A stretch of DNA of 52,179 nt, taken from assembly GCF_001194135.2 (NCBI RefSeq), contig NC_068990.1, forward strand, positions 26,305,296-26,357,474, read 5' to 3'. How positions within the stretch are numbered: position 1 is the first letter of the stretch; each line of letters opens with the position of its first letter. Source of the stretch: Octopus bimaculoides (lineage: Eukaryota). The translations under genes and the position numbers were made by a program. The notes below the pieces were generated by a model. It searched no databases and had not been told where the DNA came from. It was given only the letters and a program-made list of their open reading frames with translations. This document shows, piece after piece, positions 11,543 through 23,289 of this stretch.

Positions 11543-11849
11543 CAAGTGCATATGACAGGTAACTTAAGAAATACACTTTTGAGTTATTTCAGGAAATAAG
11601 ACATACATACAATAATTATAATTTGATTTTTATCAAATTTTTTTGTTCCTTATACAAAATGATGAAATAAGTAGTAATTTTCTAAAGAAATAATATATCT
11701 GTTACATTAAACTAAAGTAGAATTTTCATTTATATAAATTATGTTATATGTAAACAAACATAAATAGGATGATTAAAAAGATATATTTTTCAATACATAA
11801 ATACTGATAAAACAGCAGATATAGGATAAAATCCTTTAAGAGCAAAAAA

Positions 11850-11935
11850 GTTTGTCAGCAACTAGCTTTGAGGATCAAACTCACACCCATCAAATATCCG
11901 GTCAGAGTGCTCTACTTTTAAGCTGAATTGCCGAC
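11850..11935 (-). mobile_element. Degenerate tRNA-like SINE head
   Basis: Minus strand CAGCTTAAAAGTAGAGCAC...GAGTTTGATCCTC: A-box-like and B-box-like motifs at tRNA spacing. Confidence 0.45.
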
Positions 11936-12053
11936 CAACAAATTCTTCTGCAATTTTAGAAGTTATAAAATCATCCAGAAACGCTAGACGTTATATAGAT
12001 TACATCATATGTAAACAAACATAAGTTTGTCTTTGAAGCGTTGAAATGTATTG

Positions 12054-12221
12054 TAGTACAAGTAGAAAGATAGATTTTTTCAACACGTAAATACTGATGA
12101 AACAGCATATACAGCATAAAATCCTTACAGGTTTTTCTGCTCCATAAGGATTTTATCCTATATATGCTGTCCTATTTATGCGTATTTATGTGTTGAAGAA
12201 TATATCATTCTACTTGTACTA
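12054..12221. repeat. Imperfect inverted repeat, arms about 75 bp, 17 bp loop
   Basis: TAGTACAAGTAGAA...AAAATCCTTA (12054-12127) versus TAAGGATTTT...TTCTACTTGTACTA (12145-12221). Confidence 0.8.
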
Positions 12222-12443
12222 TTTCATTCATATATTTGCAATGAATGTATGTTGTTTTTCTGTCTAAATTTTATCAGCAAAATCACGTTCTAATCCATCC
12301 CAAAGAATGATCTAACTCTGCGACATTTCCTTCACCTCTTATGCTAACATTCTCTCTGTCTCTCTTTCATTGTCTGTCCACACTTTATGATGGAGAGCAT
12401 GACTGGAGAACCAACCAACCAACCAAACAACATTTATATCAAC

Positions 12444-12755
12444 TACAGTGGAACCTCAGTTTATGAATTTAATTTGCTTTTGAAGGCCATTCATCACTCG
12501 AAATATTTGTAAACCAACACAATTTTCCTATACCAAATTCAAGAGAAAGCACGACTTCGAGCAGAGATGTGTCCCAAGTGAAAGCTAGACAACAACTGAC
12601 ACTTTATATACATATATATATATATATATATAGTGGAACCTCAGTATATGAATTTATATGTTCCTGAAGGCTGTTCATCACTCAAAATGTTTGTAAGCCA
12701 TGCAAAATTCAAGAAAAAGCACAACAATTTTGAGTAGGGATGTGCACCAAGTGAC
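12444..12755 (+). mobile_element. Two tandem pogo/Tigger-like left ends
   Basis: TA-CAGTGGAACCTCAG at 12444 and TA-TAGTGGAACCTCAG at 12629, each followed by about 120 bp of collinear sequence. Confidence 0.6.
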
Positions 12756-14609
12756 ATTTTCCTTCTGATGTTCTCCTCAGTTTGCTGCCAACCATTGTTG
12801 CTGGCTCATATGTTTGTTACTTGAGACATTTTATGTTTGAAAAATTGTCCATAAACCATTTTTTTTTTTGTGATGTGAGGTATTTTCCACTGTTACGAAA
12901 CAGTGATAACCATTTCCTGCAATCCCTTTAATATAAGAGTTTACAGGGAATAATATAACCTGTTGTCCCTCCCTGCAGTCCCAGAATGTAATCCTTGTCC
13001 TCGACTTAATGAATCTTTGGCTAAGGACTACCAAGAGAGTCTGAGTGGACCTTGCCTATATTTCAGGTATTTACTTTTAGAAACATGGAAGAATTTTGTT
13101 AAACAAACGTTCTATGATTGAGACAATGTAATTTGTTGGAATTCCAAGAATTACTTTTAATTTGAAAAAACTAAATGAAATACATTCTGGAAAACCAATG
13201 AAGTCTGTAGAAGCCTGATTTGTATCTGGATTGTTTTGATTATGAGAAAGAGTGAGAGACATCTATATTTTGGGAAATTATTCTTTGACCAAAGTAATTT
13301 GAAGAAAGACATTCATGGCAAAGAGAAATTCTATTTTGAAAATTAATTTTAACTTGAAGAAGTCAAATGATAATTTGACATTTACCAGATGTCATTAAAT
13401 TTAGCAGCAATATTATAAATGAATAAATAAATAAATAAAAAACAGGTGAAAACATTGTTTGAATAATGAAAGAAAAGTGTTGTTAAAATCAACGGTAGTA
13501 TTTCCGATAATGAAACGAAATACAGGAAAAAATATCTTGATAATAAAATGTCGATAATGCCCAGAAAGCAATACCTTATAATATCGTTTATCAAGTTTTT
13601 ATTTCATTATATATTCAATAATAATATTTCAGTATATTTTTTAGAATTTACCATCTTGTTCAAAATGGAAACTTGAGTCAAAGAAGGTAGACTTAATTTA
13701 AATACAAACAATATTCTATAATAAACACTGATTCATATGATAAATATATGATGACAGGTAAAATATATAACACACATTAAATGTTAATAAGGAATTTTAG
13801 ATAAAGCAGTGAGGATTCACCAAATTGTGAATATTTGATTAGCACCGAATTTTATTTATTGCTAATTTCCACAAAACATGAAATTTTACATGCATTACTT
13901 TTTCTCTTCTAATGTGGTTTTATTATTAGAAAAAAGTCTATTTTATCACCTGCTCCGAGTTTTGTCCTCCAGTTTTCTTCACTTATTAAACTAACTTCTT
14001 TTAAAATACACACACAAGGTATTCCACATATTTTATGGAAAAGAAATTGAATAAATATTCTAAATTGTATCAGTTCACAGGAAATATCTCTTCTCTATTT
14101 ATGTCTATATTTGAAATGAAACATCTTTTGTACATACAAACCTATATTAACCCTTTACATATACCACGTGTGATGCACAGGATATATTTTTTTGGCGTCC
14201 ATGCATCATACATGAAACACATACTGCAACAGGTGAAAAAGTAGGGTAACTTGAAACTTATGAAAGAAAAGCTTTGTATGACTCAGGATGTATGAAATAT
14301 GGGCTAACTAAAAGCATGGACATTTAATAAAAACTTCTGAAAATGCTTTGCACAGGCAAAGAATTAATCACCCAAAAATTTAATTTCGTGAATCAATATA
14401 GATAATGGTGGAGGAAATTTTTTCTTTTTTTTCTTTTCTTGAGATGTTTCTATATTTCTGAGGTTCTGCTAATATAAGTAGGAGACAGAAAGTATATGCC
14501 TTACATTATTGATGAGGTTAAGTTAAAAGACGATAATGAGAATTGAGGAGGAAGAGAGAAAGTGAAAGAAAAAAACAGTGTGGGTGAATAAAGAAAAGAA
14601 AATATCCAG

Positions 14610-14815
14610 AAACCTGGGTCCGTGCGTATCACGTCAGATCGACGATGGGAAGGATGACTTCTCTTTGCAAATACCGACAGGGCACAGAAAGTGTGTCAAT
14701 AGCCAGCTGGAGAGGGTGTTCTCCTGGGGCCACAAACTACAGTAGCATTCACCCTTAGGGGTTAGCCGCATTTAAGTGGCAAATATACTTCACGTTGTCA
14801 TGCTACTGTTTATAC
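14610..14815. repeat. Unclassified interspersed repeat; linear relative of the 26.6 kb fold-back
   Basis: AAAGTGTGTCAATAGCCAGCTG...GTGGCAAATATACTTCAC shared with 26754-26860. Confidence 0.8.
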
Positions 14816-15134
14816 TTCGTTCAGAGATTTGTTATTAATAAATTATATTATTTATATTTAATAATCTCTATATATAAAAATGAGAATGTGTGTCTGTCTG
14901 TTTGTCTGTCTGTGTGTGTGAATCCCTAAAACTCGAGAACTACGCAACCAATTTCATTCAAATTTTACAGATGCCTTACTTAGGGTTCCAGTTGTGTTTT
15001 AGTCAAAAAAAATGTTTTAACTTCTTGCAGAGTTCGAGCCCACGGCAACATGATATCTCCTCCACTATTTAAGTATTACGTGTCAAAAATGAAACAAAAA
15101 CACTCATGTCAAATACTTTCACTTTAAAAATGAA

Positions 15135-15385
15135 ACTATTCCCCTAACTGAAACAATCACATTTCGATACTGTAATGACAGATACTTTCAGAGAGAGAGA
15201 GAGAGAGAAAGAGAAAGAGAGAAAGAAAGATGTATACGTATACATATAGATGTATATGTACACGTTATTCCTCTAACTGAAACAATCACATTTCGATACT
15301 GTAATGACAGATACTTTCAGAGAGAGAGAAAGAGAGAGAGAGATGTATATGTATATATATAGATGTCTATGTACACGTATATGTA
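15135..15385. repeat. Tandem duplication of about 130 bp inside the Helitron
   Basis: CTAACTGAAACAATCACATTTCGATACTGTAATGACAGATACTTTCAGAGAGAGAG occurs twice in tandem. Confidence 0.85.
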
Positions 15386-16643
15386 TAGATATATATATAG
15401 ATATCGATCTATATGCATACATGTATATGTATACATATGTGTAGATGTATATATATATATAGATGTACATGTAATATGTACACATATATACATATATATA
15501 CATCCATACAGATATCTATACATATATACACCCATCACACACATACACATGGACACAAACACACACATTAGTCATTTGTTTTCTTATCCAAAACTACGTC
15601 AAAAGTACTGAATGGATCTTTATGAAATTTGGAAATTACATTCTATGCATAACGGCCATAACTCCTATGAAAATTCATATATTTTTGATGTTGATGAAAT
15701 TTTAACCCGAACATAACAGATGAGCATTATTTGTAATTCAACGGTACAACAGTGTAAGACTACCCTTTCAGATATACTTACATTGTGATTNNNNNNNNNN
15801 NNNNNNNNNNNNNNNNNNNNNNNNNNNNNNNNNNNNNNNNNNNNNNNNNNNNNNNNNNNNNNNNNNNNNNNNNNNNNNNNNNNNNNNNNNNNNNNNNNNN
15901 NNNNNNNNNNNNNNNNNNNNNNNNNNNNNNNNNNNNNNNNNNNNNNNNNNNNNNNNNNNNNNNNNNNNNNNNNNNNNNNNNNNNNNNNNNNNNNNNNNNN
16001 NNNNNNNNNNNNNNNNNNNNNNNNNNNNNNNNNNNNNNNNNNNNNNNNNNNNNNNNNNNNNNNNNNNNNNNNNNNNNNNNNNNNNNNNNNNNNNNNNNNN
16101 NNNNNNNNNNNNNNNNNNNNNNNNNNNNNNNNNNNNNNNNNNNNNNNNNNNNNNNNNNNNNNNNNNNNNNNNNNNNNNNNNNNNNNNNNNNNNNNNNNNN
16201 NNNNNNNNNNNNNNNNNNNNNNNNNNNNNNNNNNNNNNNNNNNNNNNNNNNNNNNNNNNNNNNNNNNNNNNNNNNNNNNNNNNNNNNNNNNNNNNNNNNN
16301 NNNNNNNNNNNNNNNNNNNNNNNNNNNNNNNNNNNNNNNNNNNNNNNNNNNNNNNNNNNNNNNNNNNNNNNNNNNNNNNNNNNNNNNNNNNNNNNNNNNN
16401 NNNNNNNNNNNNNNNNNNNNNNNNNNNNNNNNNNNNNNNNNNNNNNNNNNNNNNNNNNNNNNNNNNNNNNNNNNNNNNNNNNNNNNNNNNNNNNNNNNNN
16501 NNNNNNNNNNNNNNNNNNNNNNNNNNNNNNNNNNNNNNNNNNNNNNNNNNNNNNNNNNNNNNNNNNNNNNNNNNNNNNNNNNNNNNNNNNNNNNNNNNNN
16601 NNNNAAGAAATTCAAGCAATACATATAACACCAAAGTTAAAAA

Positions 16644-16907
16644 CATTCCCAACAATTCCACAATCCCCAACCTCCAGAGCTATTGAAGAAACTGTTATCA
16701 TCAACTGACCAAGATACCTAACATTTGCAAAACAAAATTAGACAATACGACGCTGTACTACAGATGACATCATTTGGAACCACAAGAGATTTAACTGAGG
16801 CAGCATTCATCCAAACTTTCAAGATCCAACCTCAGATTTATCATCGCACTGTCTCTCTACTACCTCTGTCAAATGAATCACCAAAATTGGCCTTTCATTA
16901 TTTATAA
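16644..16907 (+). pseudogene. Helitron Rep/helicase N-terminal remnant
   Basis: HSQQFHNPQPPELLKKLLSSTDQDT*HLQNKIRQYDAVLQMTSFG...TFKIQPQIYHRTVSLLP matches the Helitron motif NIRQYNSAFQMTSFG...TFKIQGQIYHRxGSLLP; stop at 16719-16721. Confidence 0.85.
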
Positions 16908-17199
16908 TCTGTACCTGTTTGTTTGGTTATGAAATAAAATACACAAAACATGTTTCTGAATTACGTGTATTGACTTTATATACATATGAGTTGAAAACTT
17001 TCTTCTAGCATTCCACTTAATATCTATGTTCCATGCTGGCATGGATTGGAGAGTTATTAATGTAGAAATATGTTATCGTAGCTACTAACAGTTGAGGGTT
17101 GCGTAGTCTAGACGGCGTTTTTAGATTTCATTATTCTCTTTAACCCGGGCAACGCCGGGTATTTCTGCTAGTATTTAATAAATTTTATACACACATACA

Positions 17200-18065
17200 C
17201 ACATCATCATTATCCTTTAATGTTTGTTTTCCATGCTGGCATGGGTTGGACGGTTTGACATGCAGGGGAGTTGGCATGCCGGGGAGCTGCACCAGATTTC
17301 TATCTGATTTGGCATGGTTTCTGCAGCTGGATGCCCTTCCTAGTGTCAACCACTTTACAGTATTCGCTGGGTGCTTTAACGTGGCACCACCACATGGTGT
17401 CGCATGGGTGCTTTTATTTGGCACCACACAGGTGCTTTTACGAGGCACTACGGCACTACATGGATGCTTTTATGAGGCACCACATGGGTGCTTTTATTTG
17501 ACACCACATGGCTGCTTTATGAGGCACCACATGGGTGCTTTTATGGGGCACCACTTGGATGCTTTTATAAGGCACCACATGAGTGCTTTTACAGGCACCA
17601 CATGGATGCTTTTATGAGGCACCACATGGGTGCTTTTACAGGCACCACATGGATGCTTTTATGAGGCACCATATGGTTGCTTTTACAGGCACTACATGGA
17701 TGCTTTTATGAGGCACCACATGGATGCTTTTACAGGCACCATATGGATGCTTTTATGAGGCACCACATGGTTGCTTTTACAGGCACCACATGGATGCTTT
17801 TATGAGGCACCACATGGGTGCTTTTACAGGCACCACATGGGTGCTTTTACGAGGCACCACATGGGTGCTTTAAGTGGCACCACCACAAGTGCTTTACACC
17901 ACAAAAAGGATCGGTCTTAATATTTCTGCTGTGGAATATGGGTCTTCCTGAGTTCAGCAAAGCTCTAAGCATCTCAGTCCTTTGTCATCTCACCTGAAAG
18001 GTTCAGCTTCCTGAGGTTGTTCTTCAGTACCTCATCCCTTGTCTTCCTGGGTCTCCCACTTCCAT
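17200..18065 (-). mobile_element. 5'-truncated RTE-clade LINE: ORF2 C-terminus, 3' UTR with minisatellite, (GAT)n tail
   Basis: 17939-18065 on the minus strand reads GSGRPRKTRDEVLKNNLRKLNLSGEMTKD*DA, an RTE C-terminal signature (GRPRKTW..V..DL...L...M..DR..WR). Confidence 0.8.
17400..17875. repeat. Minisatellite, about 20 units of 23-24 bp (GGCACCACATGGRTGCTTTTA[TGA/CA])
   Basis: Directly visible tandem units with no unique spacers. Confidence 0.95.
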
Positions 18066-18245
18066 TGGACAGTTCGACCAGACCTGGCAAGCAGGAGAGC
18101 TGCACAAGGTGCCAGTCTGACTTGGCTTGGTTTCTATGGCTGGATGCCCTTCCTAACACCAACCAATTTATAATGTGTACGGTGGTGGGGAGGCTTATAA
18201 CATAACACTGGCACGAGTGCTTTTTACCTGGCACCAGCATGGGTG
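18066..18245 (-). mobile_element. Additional RTE 3' UTR fragment
   Basis: GGCTGGATGCCCTTCCTAACACCAACC core. Confidence 0.7.
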
Positions 18246-18612
18246 CTTTCTGATGTTACACTTAAGACTGTAAGGTCAGTGTTTCAATTCCTGGACTTGG
18301 CAGAACATTTTCTTCTTGAACAAAAGAACTTCATTTTACACTGCTCCAGGCCACTCACCTGCAAATGGACAACCCAGCAACCGCTTGGATTGACATTCTG
18401 TTCTGAGGAATTGTTGTGATGTTGTTCAGTTATACACCATGGAGACCTGTTAAGTGGCACTGTGAATCCTTTATTTTATCGACCCAGCCAAATGGATGAA
18501 ATGCATAAAAATAATAAGGTCACAGCCAAATAAAACAAGACATTATTACTCAAGACTCTAACGAGACTGGCCACCAAAAGTAATACTTTAAGAATAAGAA
18601 GAAAAGGAAGAT

Positions 18613-19130
18613 ATGGAAAAGGATGGTGGAAGAAAATGGAGGACAGGGAAGAAGAAGAAGAAGAAGAAGAAGAAGAACAGGGAAGAAGAAGAAGAAGAAG
18701 AAGAAGAACAGGGAAGAAGAAGAAGAAGAAGAAGAAGGAGGAGGAGAAGAAGAAGAGGAAGAAGAAGGAGAAGAAGAAGAAGAAGAAGAAAAAGAAGAAG
18801 AAGAAGAAGAAAAAAAGAGGAAAAAGAAGAAGAAAAATAAGCAGAAGAAGAAGAAAATCAAGAAGAAAAACAAGAAGAAGAAGAAAAACAAGAAGAAGAA
18901 GAAAACAAGAAGAAAAAGAAGAAAAAGAAGAAGAAACGGCAGGGAAAAAGAAAAAAAGATGAAAAGAAAAAAGATGAAAAGAAAAAGAAAAAGAGAAGGG
19001 GAAGCAAAAAGAAGACAAAGAAGAAAATAAAAAGAAAGAAGATAAAGAAAACAAGAAGTAAAACGAAGAAGGAAAGAAATATAGAAAAAGAAGGAAAGAC
19101 AGAAAGAAGGACGGGAAAGAAAGAGAGAAA
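18613..19130. repeat. (GAA)n-based polypurine tract
   Basis: About 520 bp almost entirely A/G on the + strand. Confidence 0.95.
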
Positions 19131-19569
19131 GCAGCAGACGGAATTGGAATCCATAAAAGCAACACCTGGAAATCAATGTCTGCAATTCTCTCAACAACCA
19201 ATGTGACCATGGAAGTAGTTTGTGAAGACTTTGCTTGTTCTTCTTCTCCTTCTTCTGTTTGTTGTTGTTGTTGTTGTTATTCTGTTTTAGCCTAGATTGG
19301 TGGGAGAGTCAGAAGAAAAAAATCTATACATTTACATAAGTAATTGGGTGAGATGGTTTTTATGGTGGAATGTCAATCTTGGCGCTATCCGCCATATCGT
19401 ACAGGATTGGTGCCTTATTTTCTAGCAGAGTAATTTTGCCTGTCTATAAATTGCAGGTGAAGTGATGGGGGTGTGGGGGGAGGGGTGTCTGTAAATGCAC
19501 ACATACATACATGTAAATATGTGAGTGTGTGCATATCATATGAGAGTGTGTACATATTTGTATATGTAC

Positions 19570-19571
19570 AC

Positions 19572-19604
<33 letters not shown>

Positions 19605-19767
19605 CATATATATACATATATATGCATATATATAAACATATATATATTTATATACATACATATATACATACATATATACATATACATATATATATATATA
19701 CATACATATATGCATATACATACATACATACATATATATATACATACATATACATACATACATATAC

Positions 19768-19798
<31 letters not shown>

Positions 19799-20185
19799 GA
19801 TATATATATATATACATATATATATACATATATATATATATATANNNNNNNNNNNNNNNNNNNNNNNNNNNNNNNNNNNNNNNNNNNNNNNNNNNNNNNN
19901 NNNNNNNNNNNNNNNNNNNNNNNNNNNNNNNNNNNNNNNNNNNNNNNNNNNNNNNNNNNNNNNNNNNNNNNNNNNNNNNNNNNNNNNNNNNNNNNNNNNN
20001 NNNNNNNNNNNNNNNNNNNNNNNNNNNNNNNNNNNNNNNNNNNNNNNNNNNNNNNNNNNNNNNNNNNNNNNNNNNNNNNNNNNNNNNNNNNNNNNNNNNN
20101 NNNNNNNNNNNNNNNNNNNNNNNNNNNNNNNNNNNNNNNNNNNNNNNNNNNNNNNNNNNNNNNNNNNNNNNNNNNNNNNNNATAC

Positions 20186-20216
<31 letters not shown>

Positions 20217-20461
20217 CATATATATATACACATATATATATATATATATACACATATATATATATATACATACATATATATATATATACATATATATATA
20301 CACACATATATATATACACACATATATATATACACACACACATATATATACATACACATATATATATACATATATATACATACATATATACATACATATA
20401 CACACATATATATATATATACACATACATATATATACACACACATATATATATACACATAT

Positions 20462-20494
<33 letters not shown>

Positions 20495-20510
20495 CATACA
20501 TACATATATC
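19570..20510. repeat. (TA)/(TACA) compound microsatellite spanning an N-gap
   Basis: Direct inspection. Confidence 0.95.
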
Positions 20511-20519
20511 CTCATTATC

Positions 20520-20660
20520 CTTTTAACATGTACTTTTCCATGCTTGCATGAATCAGATAGTGTTTACTGAGGCAGGTTCTCTACGGCTGGATGCCCTTCC
20601 TGTTGCTAACACTCACTCATTTTCAAGCAAGGAAATATTTCACCATGGAGAGACATGTCC
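20520..20660 (-). mobile_element. RTE-related 3' end, second subfamily (related pieces at 22105-22200 and 40370-40515)
   Basis: TTTTCCATGCTTGCATG...CTACGGCTGGATGCCCTTCCTGTTGCTAAC. Confidence 0.6.
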
Positions 20661-20799
20661 TTGTAGAACATTGAGTAGGATGGTCTGACAGGGAACCAGC
20701 GAGCTGCAGGACTTGGGCGATCGCAATGTCATTTCCATCATATGCATGTATGAGAGTGTATGTGTGTGTGTGTGTGTGTGTGTGTCTGTGTGTATACAT

Positions 20800-20960
20800 G
20801 ATAGTCTTCTCTCAGTTTCCTTTAAATAAACCCATTTACCAGGCTTCAGTCAACCTGCAACTGTAGTAGAAGACACTTGCCCAGAGTACCACTCAGTGGG
20901 AATGAACCCAGAACCATATGGTTGGGAAGTAAACTTTTTACCACACTGCCACATCTGCAT
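20800..20960 (-). mobile_element. SINE family A 5' half
   Basis: GTAGTAGAAGACACTTGCCCAGAGTACC...TTACCACACTGCCAC. Confidence 0.75.
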
Positions 20961-21087
20961 ATATACATATATATATATATTATATCCGTATATATATNNN
21001 NNNNNNNNNNNNNNNNNNNNNNNNNNNNNNNNNNNNNNNNNNNNNNNNNNNNNNNNNNNNNNNNNNNNNNNNNNNNNNNNNNNNNNN

Positions 21088-21125
<38 letters not shown>

Positions 21126-21572
21126 GACAAGAAATAATTTTTGTCTCTTTTTATGGAGACAAAAGGGTTTATAAGACTGCAAAAAAAAAAAGAAGTGCTC
21201 AATGTAATAAAGACAGATAAAAAAAAACCATTGATCAGAGAATTTATGAAATTAAGTTTTTTGATGTACTTTTTTGTTTGAGGGGAGAAAGAAAATTTTT
21301 ATAGTCAATTGATATTTTTTTTTATTTAGATTTTTAGTCACTTGGCATGCTTTAGAATTTTTAGCTGATTGTAAATACTTTCTTGATAGGCTGTTCTATA
21401 TACCTGTATTTTTATTCGCATATATATTTGTTACCTGCTGTGTTTTTTATATATGTATACTTTATATATTTGAGAGCCATGGTAATATTTATATATGATC
21501 AAATGTTTTTGGATGTGTGGTGTTACATATAAAGTCGTTGACTTGAATTTGATGTTTGTTCTCTGGTTAATG

Positions 21573-21606
<34 letters not shown>

Positions 21607-21694
21607 CAGAGATGTACTTGCATAGCAAGTGACCTGACCTGAGATCATGTGATGAAACAAAAACAATTGCAGCAGTTGTGGAAAGAGTATATAT

Positions 21695-21830
21695 ATGTGT
21701 GTGTATTTGTGTGTCTGTGTTTGTCCCCCCCACCATCGCTTGACAACCGATGCTGGTGTGTTTACAACTAAAGGCGGTGCTCCAGCATGGCCGCAGTCAA
21801 ATGACTAAAGAGTAAAGGAGTAAAAGAGTA
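21695..21830 (+). mobile_element. SINE family A 3' half with an internal deletion
   Basis: GTCCCCCCCACCATCGCTTGACAACCGATGCTGGTGTGTTTAC joined to AACTAAAGGCGGTGCTCCAGC. Confidence 0.8.
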
Positions 21831-21854
21831 CTGTTGGGTGACTTTTGGCCATTC

Positions 21855-21916
<62 letters not shown>

Positions 21917-22715
21917 GCATGTAACCTTTAGTGTGTAATCATTATAAATCAGTGATATTGTTATACATGTAATAGCATTGATTTTCAGTCTTCCCCCAAA
22001 ACATGTCTGGCCTGGGTGGGAAATACTAATTGCTTGGAAACAGGGGAAGGTTGGTGATACATGTTTATAAACATTACATATCAATCGCTTGTTCACTTTT
22101 ATATTTCTTTTTCCATGCCAACATGAGTTAGCTAAACATATCATTGAGGTATTGTTCTGCAACTGGATGCCCTTCCTGTCACTAACCTTTCTGGTTTCAA
22201 AAGAGGTGATTTTGAAATGTGTGAAGTGGCATTAACAATGCTGCTTGTAGACAGCAAATTTCATAGAGCATGCAAGTGAAAAGCACTCACACATACCCTT
22301 AATTATGCATACGTATATGCATGTGTGTGTGTGTGTGAGGTTTTATATACCTCAATCTGTACATCCAACAAATAACCAAATATATAAATGTATCAACAAG
22401 ACATATAATGCATACATACAAACTCACACACATATGATCATATACATACACATGTATATTTATATTTCCTTATATATATGCACATACACATATATATGTG
22501 TATGATATATATCTATATATATATAATGTATACACACACACATACAGGAATATAAATATATCTATCAACATATATATATATGCATGTATATATATATATC
22601 CACACACACACACGCACACACACATATCGTACAATCTTCAGAGAGATTGTAAAAGCAGATAAGCATATATTTGGAAATACACAAAGTACACACACACACA
22701 CACAGACATACACAC

Positions 22716-22716
<1 letters not shown>

Positions 22717-22787
<71 letters not shown>
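22717..22787. repeat. (TAGA)n microsatellite
   Basis: Perfect tetranucleotide run. Confidence 0.95.
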
Positions 22788-22788
<1 letters not shown>

Positions 22789-23289
22789 CCCCCCCCTCAC
22801 ACACACACATGTATCAAATCAAATTTCCTTCTGCTGTAAAGGATTTACTCTGTAGTAAATACATTAACCAGTCCTGAATTTTATAGCAAAACTACTAAAC
22901 TAAAAGTGAAAGTAGCCGGCCTAGCTCTGTTTGCATCTGCAATCTGGTTATGTTAAACCAATAAACCGGGAAGATGTCAAAAGGATTAGCACCAATTTCC
23001 TCTTTACCGATTCTTTCGCTTCTCTCTTTCTCCCCACCCCTCTCTATTTTGCGTTGTGAACTAAATCATGACATTAAAAATGTTCTCGGTAATAAAAACA
23101 GAAGTAATAAAAATAAATGCATAAATGAATAAAATTATAAAACAAAAATAGAGCATGATGCTGTTGTAAACAACAGAGATATATGTGTTGGAATATTAGA
23201 AGAATTTTCGAAATTATTCCAGAAGTTCCTTTGAAGCAGGAGTCATGTACACAACTCCAAGTTTATTTTCAAGATTATATTATTAGAAA

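Larger units (their letters stand above)
14865..17171 (+). mobile_element. Non-autonomous Helitron (2.3 kb including an N-gap)
   Basis: 5' A|TC terminus (TCTCTATATATAAAAATGAG) with (GTCT)n; 3' hairpin ACCCGG-GCAACG-CCGGGT (17143-17160) then CTAG|T at 17168-17172; internal Rep remnant. Confidence 0.8.

Noticed and set aside
17400-17875. CRISPR array
   Set aside because: Units are contiguous with no unique spacers, the array sits inside a eukaryotic LINE 3' UTR, and there are no cas genes.
18476-19210. Long K/E/R-rich and F/L/S-rich ORFs
   Set aside because: Translations of a (GAA)n tract, which cannot contain stops in most frames.
19415-20551. ORFs of 300+ aa (also 15665-16708, 35383-36151, 38568-39886 and similar)
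   Set aside because: Made of TA/CA/TCTA microsatellites and N-runs; no coding complexity.
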